Of a DNA stretch of 64,000 nt, positions 12,931 to 25,062 are shown one piece after another. The DNA is taken from contig NC_091998.1 in the NCBI RefSeq assembly GCF_044704955.1, positions 16,430,001 to 16,494,000 on the forward strand. The letters run 5' to 3'. The notes beneath the pieces are model-generated. The model searched no databases and was not told the DNA's origin. It worked only from the letters and a program-made list of their open reading frames with translations. This DNA comes from Pristiophorus japonicus. Its lineage: Eukaryota. Position numbers and translations under genes: made by a program. How positions within the stretch are numbered: the stretch's first letter is position 1; every line of letters starts with the position of its first letter.

Positions 12931-13989
12931 CTGGCTGATGCAGACCATCCCAGTTATTGGCAAAGATAACGGTATAAGGCAAATAATTCCAAACCAAATG
13001 GAGGTGAATCATTGTTTTCCAAGTGACCTGACTGCAGAAGCTCTTCTGAAATAAGAGCAAGTGGTTTCAACAGCAGCGGGGCTGGAGTGGGTGTGGGAGA
13101 ACTGCTTCAAGCAGCTAAACATTGTCCACACAATATATTAGCGGTACTGTAAAGTTAAAAACAAAACGTCAGCCTGACTTATGCCAGAGTAGAGGTAAAA
13201 GGAAGCATAACGGACAATGATATAAAGAACAAAAGGTTAAAATAAAATAGGACTATCAGCTGAGGATTACTAAAATATCATTTAGGAAAGAAAACTAGAA
13301 ATTGTAACAATACATTTTGATAGACTGAAAGGAGAATATGAAGAAATGCTTTAGGTTCTGTTCACAGTAGGTTTGTGCCTTTAAAGAGTGAATGAGCATC
13401 AAGTCACAGATCAAGGTAAGGGGTAATTTTCAGATGGATCACGAAGGAAGCCCAAGGGACAGAAATCAATAACAAAACAACCTCTATACTGAATGTACTC
13501 CCCCCTATGCCATCTCTTTCTTTAATAATTGTCTTCTCTACACAATCCCTGATGTCCCACTCATTTTGTTTGTGGATTGAAGAACAATCCTACTATACGC
13601 CTTCACTGTTTTTGTTATTGATTTCCCACTCATTGAGAGACACCGTTCGAGATCTCCACTCACACAGCGAGACAGTTCAATGAGGTACATTAAAGGTGCA
13701 TCTATGAGTGCCTCCATTGTCTAACCTGGACAGCTGTGCTTCAGACATCTTGATGCCATTCCAGGAACAATCAGTACTGGTAGCGTACTGCTCCAAACAC
13801 ATGCATGTAATTGTTCCGTTAGTCTCCACAAAATGAGAAGAACAAATCTGTAAATGATCTAATAAGCCAACAATGTTCACACCAAAAATTTGACATCATT
13901 ACATAGTGTCGTGCGGAATGCCCAGAAAAACAAATCTGATAAATGAAAGCCGCTATTTATGAACAAACGATTAAACTGTACAAATTTAA

Positions 13990-14350
13990 CAACACTTTTT
14001 TGGAGATGTGAATAAGGTTTCAGATGGGTGCAATCCAAAAAATATGTAACTTGGCTTGCAAGAGGTATTTGGCAAAATACCTAACAAGAGATTGACAGGA
14101 ATGATGAGAGCACATGGAATTAGTGCCAACATTGTGAAATAGATAGTACGACGATGGGACGTGGAGAGTAGTTATAAATTCACACTGAAAGAAGGGAATA
14201 ATGCTGTTCCCTCGGTATCACTGCTTGCACATGTACTTTTCACAATCTATCTAAACAATCTGCACAAGAGGATTGAAACTGGAAAAGTTCTGCATATAAA
14301 TGCTGTTCAAAAGGATATGGTGAAGGCTCAAAAGCTGGGCAACTGATCGG
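13990..14350 (+). mobile_element. Highly decayed CR1 RT fragment
   Basis: Residual similarity to CR1 RT (VPSVSLL..VLFTIYLNNL versus VPQGSVLGPQLFTIYINEL). Confidence 0.45.
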
Positions 14351-15340
14351 TGAATTGTGCTTAAGGTGGATATTGTACAACAACTTGCGTTCATATAGTG
14401 CCTTTAATGTAGAAGAAGAAGACTACTTGGATTTATACAGCGCCTTTCACGACCACCGGACGTCTCAAAGCGCTTTACAGCCAAAGAAGTACTTTTTGAA
14501 GCGTAGTCACGTGGGAAAATGTAGTAAAACATCCCATGGTGCTTCACAGGTACATGATCATACAAAACTTGACACCAAGACAAATAAGGAGCTATTAGGA
14601 CAAGCGGCCAAAAGCTTGGTCAAAAGAGAGAGGTTTTAAGTGGCATCATAAAGGATGAGAGAGTGTTAGAGAAGTGGAGAGGTTGAGGGTGGGAACTCCA
14701 GGACTTGGGGCCTGTAGCTGAAGGCACGGCTGTCAATAGAGGGGTGAAGGAAGTGGGGGATGTACAAGAGGTCAGAATTGGAGGAACGCAGAGTTCTCGG
14801 AGGGGTGTAGGGCTGGAGGAGGTTTCAGAACGATGCAGAGATAAACATTTTCTTAAAAAACATATTTATTACAATGAGGGAACACACAAATATCAGAAAT
14901 AATTCAATGTCTTCACAATGGCAGGGGTCACAGATCACAAAATCGCATCTACCTGTTTCAGGTGCAGTCAAACAATGCGCTGCCGGGGACTGTGGCACTC
15001 AGGTTTGTGCAATCTAGTGCTCATTTCCTGAAAAAATGTGGACAAAGAAAATGATTTAATTAGTATGTAGGCTTTTCTTGTCTTTTAATATTGGAATATA
15101 GAACACCAAATGCATTAACTTGTTTGTTCTTTCCTGGTAAATAATTAAAACCAATTAAAATGAGACCCGCTATAAATGGAATAATTCCATTGCGAGCAGG
15201 TTTACCTGTGAGGCTACATCTACCCAGCATGTTTTTGATCTTGTCACGCACCTTAAGTAAGATATTGGAGGATTTTCTATTTGCCTATGACTAAACACAC
15301 ACTGGTCTCTATTTGACCTAAGCTTTTGAAGCCAGTTAAT

Positions 15341-16545
15341 GGGCCCAAATTTGGCCAAGAGTTGCTCCGGTTTTTTTGGAGCAATTTAATTTTTCTGGAG
15401 TATCTTAAAAATCCCCATTCTGCACATTTAATTTACTCCAGTGTAAGTGAGTTAGTTAAGATCTTTTTTGGTTTAGTTTATTTTTTCAAAAGGGGGGTGT
15501 TACCAGCCGTTTTGACCATTTAAGCCAGCTTGGACAGCTAATAGTTGCTCCAAACTAACTTGGACCAGCATATGTGGCCACTTGTGGCCGCACAGAAAAC
15601 CCTTGCAGAGAGTTAAGAAATCAGCGCAGGTAAGTACATTCTAAAGCACCAAGCACTAAACAAAGCAAAAAAAAAGCATTCAATAACAAATAAAAAATAC
15701 AAGGAAGCTGAGAGGACCTGCACCTAGCACCAAGACTTACAAAGCACAAAAAGTATTAAGCAATTAATTAATAAAAAAATAGAAGGAACCTGCACCTAAA
15801 GCACCAAGATCAAAGTAATAAGCAATCAATCGATCAACAACAAATAAAAGCAAAGTAACCTTGTCCAAACTACTCCTACACAGTCCCTTTCAGTACCTTC
15901 AATAGCATTCTTTTGCTGGCTCCTACTTTATTCTAACCAATGGCATATAAACACTCAGTACAATGTATAGATCAAGTGCAGTGCACTTACTCCATCCATT
16001 GTGTGGCCTTGTGAACACTGCCAGCATGATTTGTCTCAATGCTTCCATTTGTTTCAGACATTGGACACCTAACCTAACCCAATCTACTTCTTCTAAACTG
16101 ATTCCCTTGTGGAAACCATCAGCATACTAACCAGCTGCAGGGTTTCACTGACAAACTGCTGGGGTTTTGGTTCTCTCAGACCTCCTTTTACTGGTGTGGC
16201 TGGATAAGGCAGCGGGCCGCCGATGAGGGAGCCCATTCGGCCAGGGATAGGGGCACTTCGGGCCCCTCCCACACAGCCTGCAGAGCACACTCACAGATTC
16301 TGGGGGCGACGAGCTACTGCGCATGTGCGCACACTCTAGCATGCATGTGCAGAGGTCCCGGCACGGTTTTCAGCACCGGGACCTGGCTCTGCCCCCAAAT
16401 CCAGTTGCCACGCTACGCCACCATAGAGGAGAAGCTGGGGAGCGGCCAAACTCAGCCTGAAGATTTTTGGCACCCTTGGAGTTCAACAAAAGCGACGCAT
16501 CTCTGGTGAGTGCGTCAGAAATCTGTACTGGCCAAATTTGGGCCC
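15341..16545. mobile_element. Putative non-autonomous DNA transposon with perfect 17-bp TIRs
   Basis: GGGCCCAAATTTGGCCA (15341-15357) and its exact reverse complement TGGCCAAATTTGGGCCC (16529-16545); flanks AAT/TAT; internal ~70-bp tandem units (CCTGCACCTA..GCACCAAG). Confidence 0.7.
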
Positions 16546-16716
16546 TATGAGTGGAGTGTTATTTTGTCCGTGAATTTAAACATTCGTGCACTGCAAGTTG
16601 TTGTATTTGCTGTGAAGAAATCCTCTCTTCCATAGAAGTGGTCAGTTAATCGACAACCTTCTGCTACTCTGTCTGAGACAGAGCAATAATAAAATAAATC
16701 AAACTAAATATCTAGA

Positions 16717-17082
16717 CTGACACTCCAGTGCAGTGCTGACGATGTCCCGCATTGTCGGAGGTGCCAACATTCGGATGAGACGTTAAACCGAGGCCCCATC
16801 TGCTCTCTCAGGTGGATGTAAAAGATCCCATGGCATTATTTCAAAGAGGAGCAGGGGAGTTATCCCCGGTGTCCTGGCCAATATTTATCCCTCAATCAAC
16901 ATAACAAAAACAGATTATCTGGTCATGATCACATTGCTGTTTGTGGGAGCTTGCTGTGCGCAAATTGGCTGCCGCGTTTCCCACATTACAACAGAGACTA
17001 CACTCCAAAAGTTCCCCATTGGCTGTAAAGCACTTTGAGACGTGTGGTGGTCGTGAAAGGCGCTATATAAATCCAAGTCTCT
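16717..17082 (+). mobile_element. DeuSINE (SacSINE1/AmnSINE1-like), 5'-truncated
   Basis: Deu-type core TCGGAGGTGCC..TTCGGATGAGACGTTAAACCGAGGCCCC..GTAAAAGATCCCATGGCA; tail GTGAAAGGCGCTATATAAATCCAAGTC. Confidence 0.88.
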
Positions 17083-17664
17083 CCATTGTGGTTCTTTTCA
17101 AAAATATTTCTTTCAATTGCAAGACAAATAACCATGTTCACGGTTTGGAGATTGCTGTAGCCTCACCTTTAAATACATTCGAACAGTATGTGCAGGGTAT
17201 TAATAAGATGCACATCAGAGTTTGACAATGATGATTCCCAGGTTTCAAGCACTCTCCTATGGAAACAGTCCAAAGACAGTAAATTGATTCCTTTTCAGTA
17301 AAATAAAGGGTAAAGGGGATTATAATTTGGGTTTTTAAACTAATAAAAGGAGATCAATTTAGAGCCAGTAAATTCCTTGAATCAAAACAGGAATGGACGA
17401 CCAAAGGACATGCTGTTAAAATTAACACACTGCAGCCTCAGCCAAGATTTAGCAAGAACTTTTTTCACCGTTGATGTCTGGAAAAAATTGCCACCTGGTG
17501 CAATCAACGTGAATCCTGTTGAGCACCTGAGGAACTTGACAGTCAAAGTGAGGGTTGTCTGGAAAGAGTAACAAGGGCTTGTCTTTTTTTTCATTTCCGG
17601 AAACAGCACAATTAAACATTTGCAAAAAAGAAAAAAAATGGCATACATAATTTAGAAACACTAG

Positions 17665-18360
17665 AAAGAAAACTTGCTTTTATAATATAGCACCTTTCAT
17701 GACCAGCCGACGTCTCAAAGCGCTTTACAGCCAATGAAGTACTTTTGGAGAGTAGTCACTGTTGTAATGTGGGAAACGCGGCAGCCAATTTGTGCACAGC
17801 AAGCTCCCACAAACAGCAATGTGATATTGACCAGATAATCTGTTTTTGTTATGTTGATTGAGGGATAAATATTGGCCAGGACACCGGGGATAACTCCCCT
17901 GCTCTTCTTTGAAATAATGTCATGGGATCTTTTACGTGCACCTGAGAGAGCAGACAGGGCCTTGGTTTAATGTCTCATCCGAAAGACGGCACCTCCGACA
18001 GTTATACATTTAATGTACCTGGACAATACATAAGTACAATGGTGCGCCACAGAGGGCGCTGTGGTGGGAGACCCAAAAGTACCTCTGAGACGGAGTATAA
18101 AAGGCTGCCCACCACACCTGAGAGGCACTCTGGAGTTACACAATAAAGGACTAAGGTCACAGCAGTTACTACAACACCAGACTGTGTGGAGTCAGTGATT
18201 TGAGTGCTACATACACCACATCGACAGTGCAGCACTCCCTCAGCACTGCACTGGAGTGTCAGCCGAGATTATTGTACTCAAATCCCTGGAGTGGGATTTG
18301 AACCCACAACCTTCAGACTCAAAGGTGGATGTGCTTCCCACTGAGACACAGCTGACACAT
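17665..18360 (-). mobile_element. Full-length DeuSINE interrupted by a solo LTR
   Basis: tRNA-like head with A box TGTCTCAGTGG and B box GGTTCAAATCCC near 18290-18350; Deu core and tail as in the other copies. Confidence 0.88.
18000..18220 (+). mobile_element. Solo LTR inside the DeuSINE
   Basis: Flanks CCGAC/TCGAC; TATA-like GTATAAAAGG, AATAAA and terminal CCACA; the SINE sequence resumes exactly after it. Confidence 0.8.
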
Positions 18361-18674
18361 TAGGTAAAAGATATGATTGAACCTCCAAGCTCTACTAAAC
18401 TACAGGAAGTAGAGAAGTCTTTTGGGGTCGTGTTCGAGAATACTTAGTAACTCAAAAGCCTTGTGCTTGCATGGACCGTGTATAAAATATCTGTTGCATC
18501 TGCTGGTATTCTGAAAGGATGAGTTCAAATGTAGAGTATAGACTTACTCATCTGAACCTATCTTTGTCATCACTGCATAAATACTCCTTCATCCCCTGAG
18601 GTAATTAAAGTAAAACTCCAGCGTATTTAGTCACCCCATCATGCTAAAGACACAGTCACCTTCCAGTACCACCT

Positions 18675-18815
18675 TACCTCCCGACCCCCCCCTTCCCCAC
18701 CCCCCACCCCCCCCGCTCCACCATCATCCCCATCCAAGCCCCCCCCCCTCCCAGCCCCATGTCCCAGCCTCTCCCCCCGCTCCCCTCCCAGCCCCCCCTC
18801 CCCTCCACCCCCCTC
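18675..18815. repeat. C-rich low-complexity tract (G-runs on minus strand)
   Basis: Many runs of 3-9 C separated by short linkers. Confidence 0.85.
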
Positions 18816-20974
18816 AAGTCCCAAGGGCCATGGAGTAGTTGGGTGGCGGGAGGGGCGGGAGGCATTGAGAGATTTAGCCTACATTAAATGCAAACTATGC
18901 CCGACCTTGATATGCAGTCAGAGCTCAAAAATATTTGATACGCTTGCTGCTCCCCAGCATTTACATCTCTTCACCTTAAGTCAGCAGGGAAAGTTACATT
19001 CTAAAAAGATCGGACAGGTTTGCAAAGCAGCGTAGCACCAGACAGAAGGGCATTTTCCACGTCTGTCAGATTCAAGGCTTGTTGTGTTCTCCGACTACCA
19101 AGAGACAGGAGCTATTACAATCCTATACATTCTTGGCAGGGCCCAGGAGAGTTATACAGTGTGAAGCTTTGAGGTGATGTGGTCCCGTCACTGAGGTGAT
19201 TTGCCAAAATTCAAGCGCGGCCAGAAATGTGTTCAAACTGGAGCTAGGTTACTCAGGAGTTGCAGACCACATCAGAGAGCTTAAGGTGCCGAGATCTAGA
19301 TCATTCCGGATAAACAGATGATAAATCAAGAAGGTGTCTGCTGTTATTTTTCTTTACCACAAAGAAAAGTTTGGCTCCGAGTTTTAGGTATGACACTTTG
19401 GGTTATTTTTGACATACTCCAGCCTTAAAAACCTGAATGCAAGTAGATGTTTTTATTAGAATTGTTGCCAACTGGTTGTGTGCAATCTGTGAAGGTGTTA
19501 GTTGTGGTGCCTTTGAAGGACCATGTGTTTGAAAGTGAAAAAAAATACAAAGGTGTTGCTATTACATCAGCTTGGGGCTTTATCTGGAGAAAGCTTTGAA
19601 CTGTGATCGTGATCGGAGCAGGCCGCAGTGGCCTTCCAATACATTTTCCCACATTCAGTCCCATCGCCATGCTGCCACCTCAGTCCTCGAGGCTGGCACA
19701 GCACTTTGTGGGGCGCATGGCTCACATTCCGATAGGAGACATAATCTGTGCCAAAAGTATCCAAAATAGACCAGCAACTCCCGCAGAATGTTTGAGACAT
19801 CTGCACAGACAACAATGGTGGATTCATTTCTTTTAGACAATTATCTGTAACCTGATAATCCTGATCGGAACGTTTGTTCCGTTGTCTAAATTTCAAACTT
19901 TCCTGCTTGTGGACCGCATAAGAACAGACGAAATGGGAGCAGGAGCGGGCCCTATAGCCCCTCGAACCTGCGCCAACATTCAATAAGATCGTGGCTAATC
20001 TACGACCTCAACTCCATGTGACCTGAAATCTAGTCTGATAATGTCACCAAGCTTGATTGGAGTGTACTGGTACTGCCGGAGTATTCAGAGTCTTATCATC
20101 AAAAGAAAGCAAGAAAGAAAGATTTGGATTTATATAGCACCTTTCACCGGACCACTCAAAACGCTTTTCAGCCAATGGCATACTTTTGGGGTGAAGTGAC
20201 TGTTGTAAGGTAGGAAATGTGACAGCCAATTTGCAAACAGCAAGCTCCCACAAACAGCCAAAGGAAAGGAACCCCCACTTTATTTTGTAGCTTCAACACA
20301 CACACTGTAAGACACAAACAAAATGGTAGGAGCCCTTTGACCATTTTACGTCACCACTTCCTTTCCCAGAGCTCCCCACACAGCCCGCTCATGCTCAGTA
20401 CAGTGCTTTCTATCCCTCCCTTAGTTTTGGTTCATTGAATCATCACAAAGTCCTAGACGCAACTAGCTTTTCTTCTCACTGATACCCTTCGTGACAACTC
20501 ACCTCTAGTCTCCCTTCATGATTTTCCTTCAGCGCCTATTAACCTTCCTCATCCATCTGCCACCATTTCTATCTGGCTTTGCTCCCTGATTGATCACCCG
20601 CCTCTCCCACCCACTTCTTTATAAGGGATATGTTCTGCTCAAACTTCCCCCTGGCTGGTGACTTCTCCTCCCCCTCTCCTCACCGCAGTGTAGGGTTTGG
20701 GTTTACCAAAACCTCAACATCAACCTCAACCTTGCTTGAGGTTCCATGGCGGCACCCACATACACTCCCTCCAGGCCCTCAATTGTAATACGGCCGACGA
20801 GTCATATTTCTGGCAAAAATCATCCACAGCTTGCGTCCAAACATGAACCGAGCTGGAGTTGCGCCCATTGCTGCCTACGGGGTTACCATTTCCAGCTTCC
20901 CATCTTTGCTTTCTGCCTGCACCACTTGTAGCACCTTCATTAGAATCCTGTTTGGCCATTCCTAATCATGTGGT

Positions 20975-22670
20975 CAGTGCAGGTTCATAATTCAATGTTT
21001 CACGCCATATTTAAAAAAGGAGGCAGACAGAAAGCATGAAACTATACAATAGTTAGCCTAACATCTGTCATTAGGAAAATGCTGGAGGCTATTACTAAGG
21101 CAGCAGGATATTTGGAAAAGCATAATTCAATCAAGCAGAGTTAGCATGATTTTATGAAAGGAAAATCGTGTTTGACAAATTGCTGGAGTTCTTTGACGAT
21201 GTAACGAGCAGGGTGGATAAGGGGGAACCAGTGGATGTGGTGTATTTGGATTTCCAGAAGGCATTCGATAAGGTGCCACGTAAGAGGTTAATGCACAAGA
21301 TAAAAGTTCACAGGGTTGGGGGTAATATATTAGCATGGATCGAGGATTGGCTAACTAACAAGAAAACAGAGAGTCGGGATGAACGGGTCATATTCCGGTT
21401 GTTAAACAGTAACTAGTGGGGTGCCGCAGGGTTCGGTGCTGGGGCCTCAACTATTTACAATCTATATTAATGAATTGGATGAAGGGACCAAGTGTAATGT
21501 AGCCAAGTTTGCTGATGATACAAAAATTGGTGGGAAAGCAAATTTTGAGGAGGACATAAAAAATCTGCAAAGGGATATAGACAGGCTAAGTGAGTGGGCA
21601 AAAATTTGGCAGATGGAGTATAATGTGGGAAAGTGTGAAGTTATCCACTTTGGCAGAAAAAATAAAAAAGCAAATTGTAATTTAAATCGAGAACAATTAT
21701 AAAAGTGCTGCAGTACAGAGAGACCTGGGGGTCCTTGTGCATGAAACACAAAAAGTTAGTATGCAGGTACAGCAAGTAATCAGGAAGGCAAATGGAATGT
21801 TGGCCTTTATTGCAAGGGGGATAGAGTATAAAAGCAGAGAAGTCCTGCTACAACTGTACAGGGTATTGGTGAGGCCACACCTAGAGTACTGTGTACAGTT
21901 TTGGTCTCCGCATTTAAGGAAGGGTATACTTGCATTGGAGGCTGTACAGAGAAGGCTCACTCGGTTGATTCTGGAGATGAGGGGATTGACTTATGAAGAT
22001 AGATTGAGTAGGTTGGGACTATACTCAATGGAGTTCAGAAGCATGAGAGGTGATCTTATCAAGACATATAAGATAATGAGGGGGCTCGACAAGGTGGATG
22101 CAGAGAGGATATTTCCACTCATAGGGGAGGCTAAAACTAGGGGGCATAGTCTCAGAATAAGAGGCCGCCCATTTAAAATTGAGATGAGGAGGAAATTCTT
22201 CTCTCAGAGGGTTGTAAATCTGTGGACTACTCTGCCCCAGAGAGCTGTGGAGGCTGGGTCATTAAGAACATAAGAATTAGGAACAGGAGTCGGTCATCTA
22301 GCCCCTCGAGCCTACTCTGCCATTCAACAAGATCATGGCTGATCTGGCCGTGGACTCAGCTCCACTTACCCGCCCGCTCCCCGTAACCCTTAATTCCCTT
22401 ATTGGTTAAAAATCTATCTATCTGTGATTTGAATACATTCAATGAGCTAGCCTCAACTGCTTCCTTGGGCAGAGAATTCCACAGATTCACAACCCTCTGG
22501 GAGAAGAAAGGCGGAGATAGAGAGATTTTTGAGCGATAAAGTGATAAGGGGTTATGGGGAGCGGGCAGGGAAGTGGAACTGAGTCCATGATCAGATCAGC
22601 CATGATCTTATTGAATGACGGAGCAGGCTCGAGAGGTCAAATGGCCTACTCCTACTTCTTATGTTCTTAC
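20975..22670 (+). mobile_element. 5'-truncated CR1 LINE (RT plus 3'UTR), decayed
   Basis: DVVYLDFQKAFDKVP, PQGSVLGPQLFTIYI, KFADDTK, LYRVLVRPHLEYCVQFWSP; tail TTCTTATGTTCTTA. Confidence 0.93.
22264..22508 (-). mobile_element. Inverted CR1 3' fragment nested in the 3' end of the previous CR1
   Basis: Begins AAGAACATAAGAATTAGG (reverse of the tail); the host CR1 resumes at AAGGCGGAGATAG. Confidence 0.85.
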
Positions 22671-22967
22671 ATTCCTGCACAAATTGTTGAAACCCTACAG
22701 TCACAAATTGCCACGCATTGTCGGTTCGCAGGACCGTAGTAGTCCATGTCTACCAACAAATCTCTGCCACTGGGCAGAGATCCCAGAAGGTCTTGCCAGA
22801 TCCTGCCACAGTGCACTTGGCGCTCGGCTTCGTACCGAGAAAATCATCCTACCATTTGGCAACCACAGCAACGCTTGGACACTTGTTCCATGTCCCAATC
22901 CATTCCTGGCTAACACAGGTCAGGATGGCTTTGTTTCCTCGGACTGTATATCACCTTGAAATACTAC

Positions 22968-23216
22968 TATTGTGTATGTAGGCACTCTGTTAATGACTTC
23001 ACGAGGCAGTGGTATGGTGTTTAAACTGTGAAGACTGTAGTCCTTTATTGCAGCTCCTAGAATGAGGACACCAAGAGGTGAGCTCCCTTTTATACTGGGT
23101 TACCTGCAGTGTGCAGGTGACCCTTAGGTCTCCAGCAGCAGCACCCTCTAGTGTACAGGGTGAAGGTACATTCAGTGTTACAGTACATCATAACTTTGGG
23201 GCATGCATACATAACA
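22968..23216 (-). mobile_element. Solo or orphan LTR (Gypsy-like)
   Basis: Minus strand reads TGTTATGTATG...GTATAAAAGG...AATAAAGG...CACAATA, the same layout and ends as the 6158/10763 LTRs; no clear TSD. Confidence 0.7.
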
Positions 23217-23699
23217 ACATGGCTGTAATTGCAAAACCCAACACTCAATCTGAGCTGATACCTTCAATGTTTTGAAGTAAAGGCACACCAATGGCTCATG
23301 ACCCATTTCCAATTAAAACTCCTGGCTAAATAGGTAAATGTCGAAGCACTCACGTGCCCACAACACAGTGAGCGTCCCCTTTCCTATCTGCTCTTCCACA
23401 TGTCAAGCTCCTGCCCACAGAAATGACGGCTCTCCACACTCCATCCTGTTTCTGCATCAGCATCACACCTAATCTGATCAGACACACATTGGCCACTACT
23501 GGGAGTTCTATCTAAATGTGCCAAAACTACAGACTAGACCAAAAACCTTTCCTCTGTTGCCAATGTAAAGGTGTGCTCATCCTCGTCAGCCATTGTAAGA
23601 TTTCTGCAACTAATTCCGTCACCTATTCGGGTAAAAGCACTGGAGCTGTACCACACCAACCCCAAACCACTCTGTAGATATGATGCCCGTTTGAGTGGA

Positions 23700-24500
23700 T
23701 TCGGACTTTTAACCTCCTCTATCTTCTCCTTAGACCGGTGAATACCATTTGCTGTTAAACAGTGTCTGAATAATGTTAAGTCAGGCTGTTGAAACTCACA
23801 CTTGTCAATCCTGCCTGTTTAAATTTCTACACCACCGTAAAAAGGCGTTGGTCATGTTCAGTCACTTTCCTGCCATGCACAATCACATCATTGAGATGCT
23901 CACAACTCCCTCATAACAGGCCAGCATGCTCTGAATGATCTTTTGGGAGTGCTTAGGCTCACTAAAAGTTCCAAACAGCAAACATTTGTTTTGATGTCCT
24001 CGATCCATTCTAGACATGGTGATGAACCTTGACTCAGGATCTTTGATGAAAGCCCCATTTCAGATCTAACTTGGAAAACATTTTACTGCTGTCACATCCC
24101 TCTGCGATCTCCTCCCGCATCGGGAATGGGTGAGGTTCTGTTATCACTGCAGCATTGCCACATGCACCTATCCACGTATACTCGAACATCCCCATTAGTT
24201 TGGGGAACCATAAACAATGGACTAACCCATGGGCTCAGCACTCCAACTGCCTCCATGATAACATTGGTTAGAAACAGGTCCAGTTTTGTGCCCACCTTGT
24301 CACGAAGTACAGATGGTATCTTCCTCAATGGCAGGTGCCAATCTCGAGCTTTCGTTGGAGGTTCTTCAGCTTACCAATTCCAGTGAAATACTCCTGGAAT
24401 CTCTTAGGGATTTCACCAGAGGTATTCTCTTTCCCAGGGGTCCAACTTGTAATATGTGTAATTGCTCCACAGTCTTCTGACAAAATAATGGCCTTACTTT
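23700..24500 (-). mobile_element. Decayed Gypsy RT fragment
   Basis: ORF 24092-24328: RKIPSVLRDKV..SPWVSPLFMVPQTNGDVRVYVD, a typical Gypsy RT N-terminus; boundaries approximate. Confidence 0.7.
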
Positions 24501-24762
24501 GGAGTCAAACTCAGCCTCACACTTTACCTCGTGAAACCATACCACACATATGGAAGTCCCCAGTACTTTTACTGGCTTTGTCATTACATATGAAAAAGCT
24601 CCTTTGTGTATTTAGTGATCCTGCACTTAATCCTACTTGGCCTCACGGTTTCCCACACGGATTTGTCGATTAGCTAGTACCACTATCAAAAGGCAACGCA
24701 CCATGCCAACACCCAGATTGCAGACTCCATTTTTTCCTTTTTTCACATTCCATATAGAGCGC

Positions 24763-25062
24763 TGTGATATCTTCTCTATGACATCACAAACACATACTTA
24801 CAAGATGGCTCTAACATAGGAACTTGTCAGTTGACCTAGTCATCTGATGCTTTTATTGAATAAACATTAGCAGTTGCATTACCTCAGTAGTCCACTAGGT
24901 GGAGCAATAGTCGACTAGGTCCACTATATTACACTTCTCCCTCCTTAATGAAGAAGTAATCATAACAAAATAATTATACATAACTAGCATGGTTATACAT
25001 AACAAAAGATATGGACTTATTTTGCCATATTTGCAAATGAAACTTAACCACTTTCGGATTTC
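24763..25062 (-). mobile_element. 3' LTR, PPT and 3' internal stub of the 481-2558 Gypsy family
   Basis: LTR 24763-24933 homologous to 481-632 and 2387-2558; PPT GGAGGGAGAAG (24934-24944); following sequence matches ~632-730. Confidence 0.85.
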
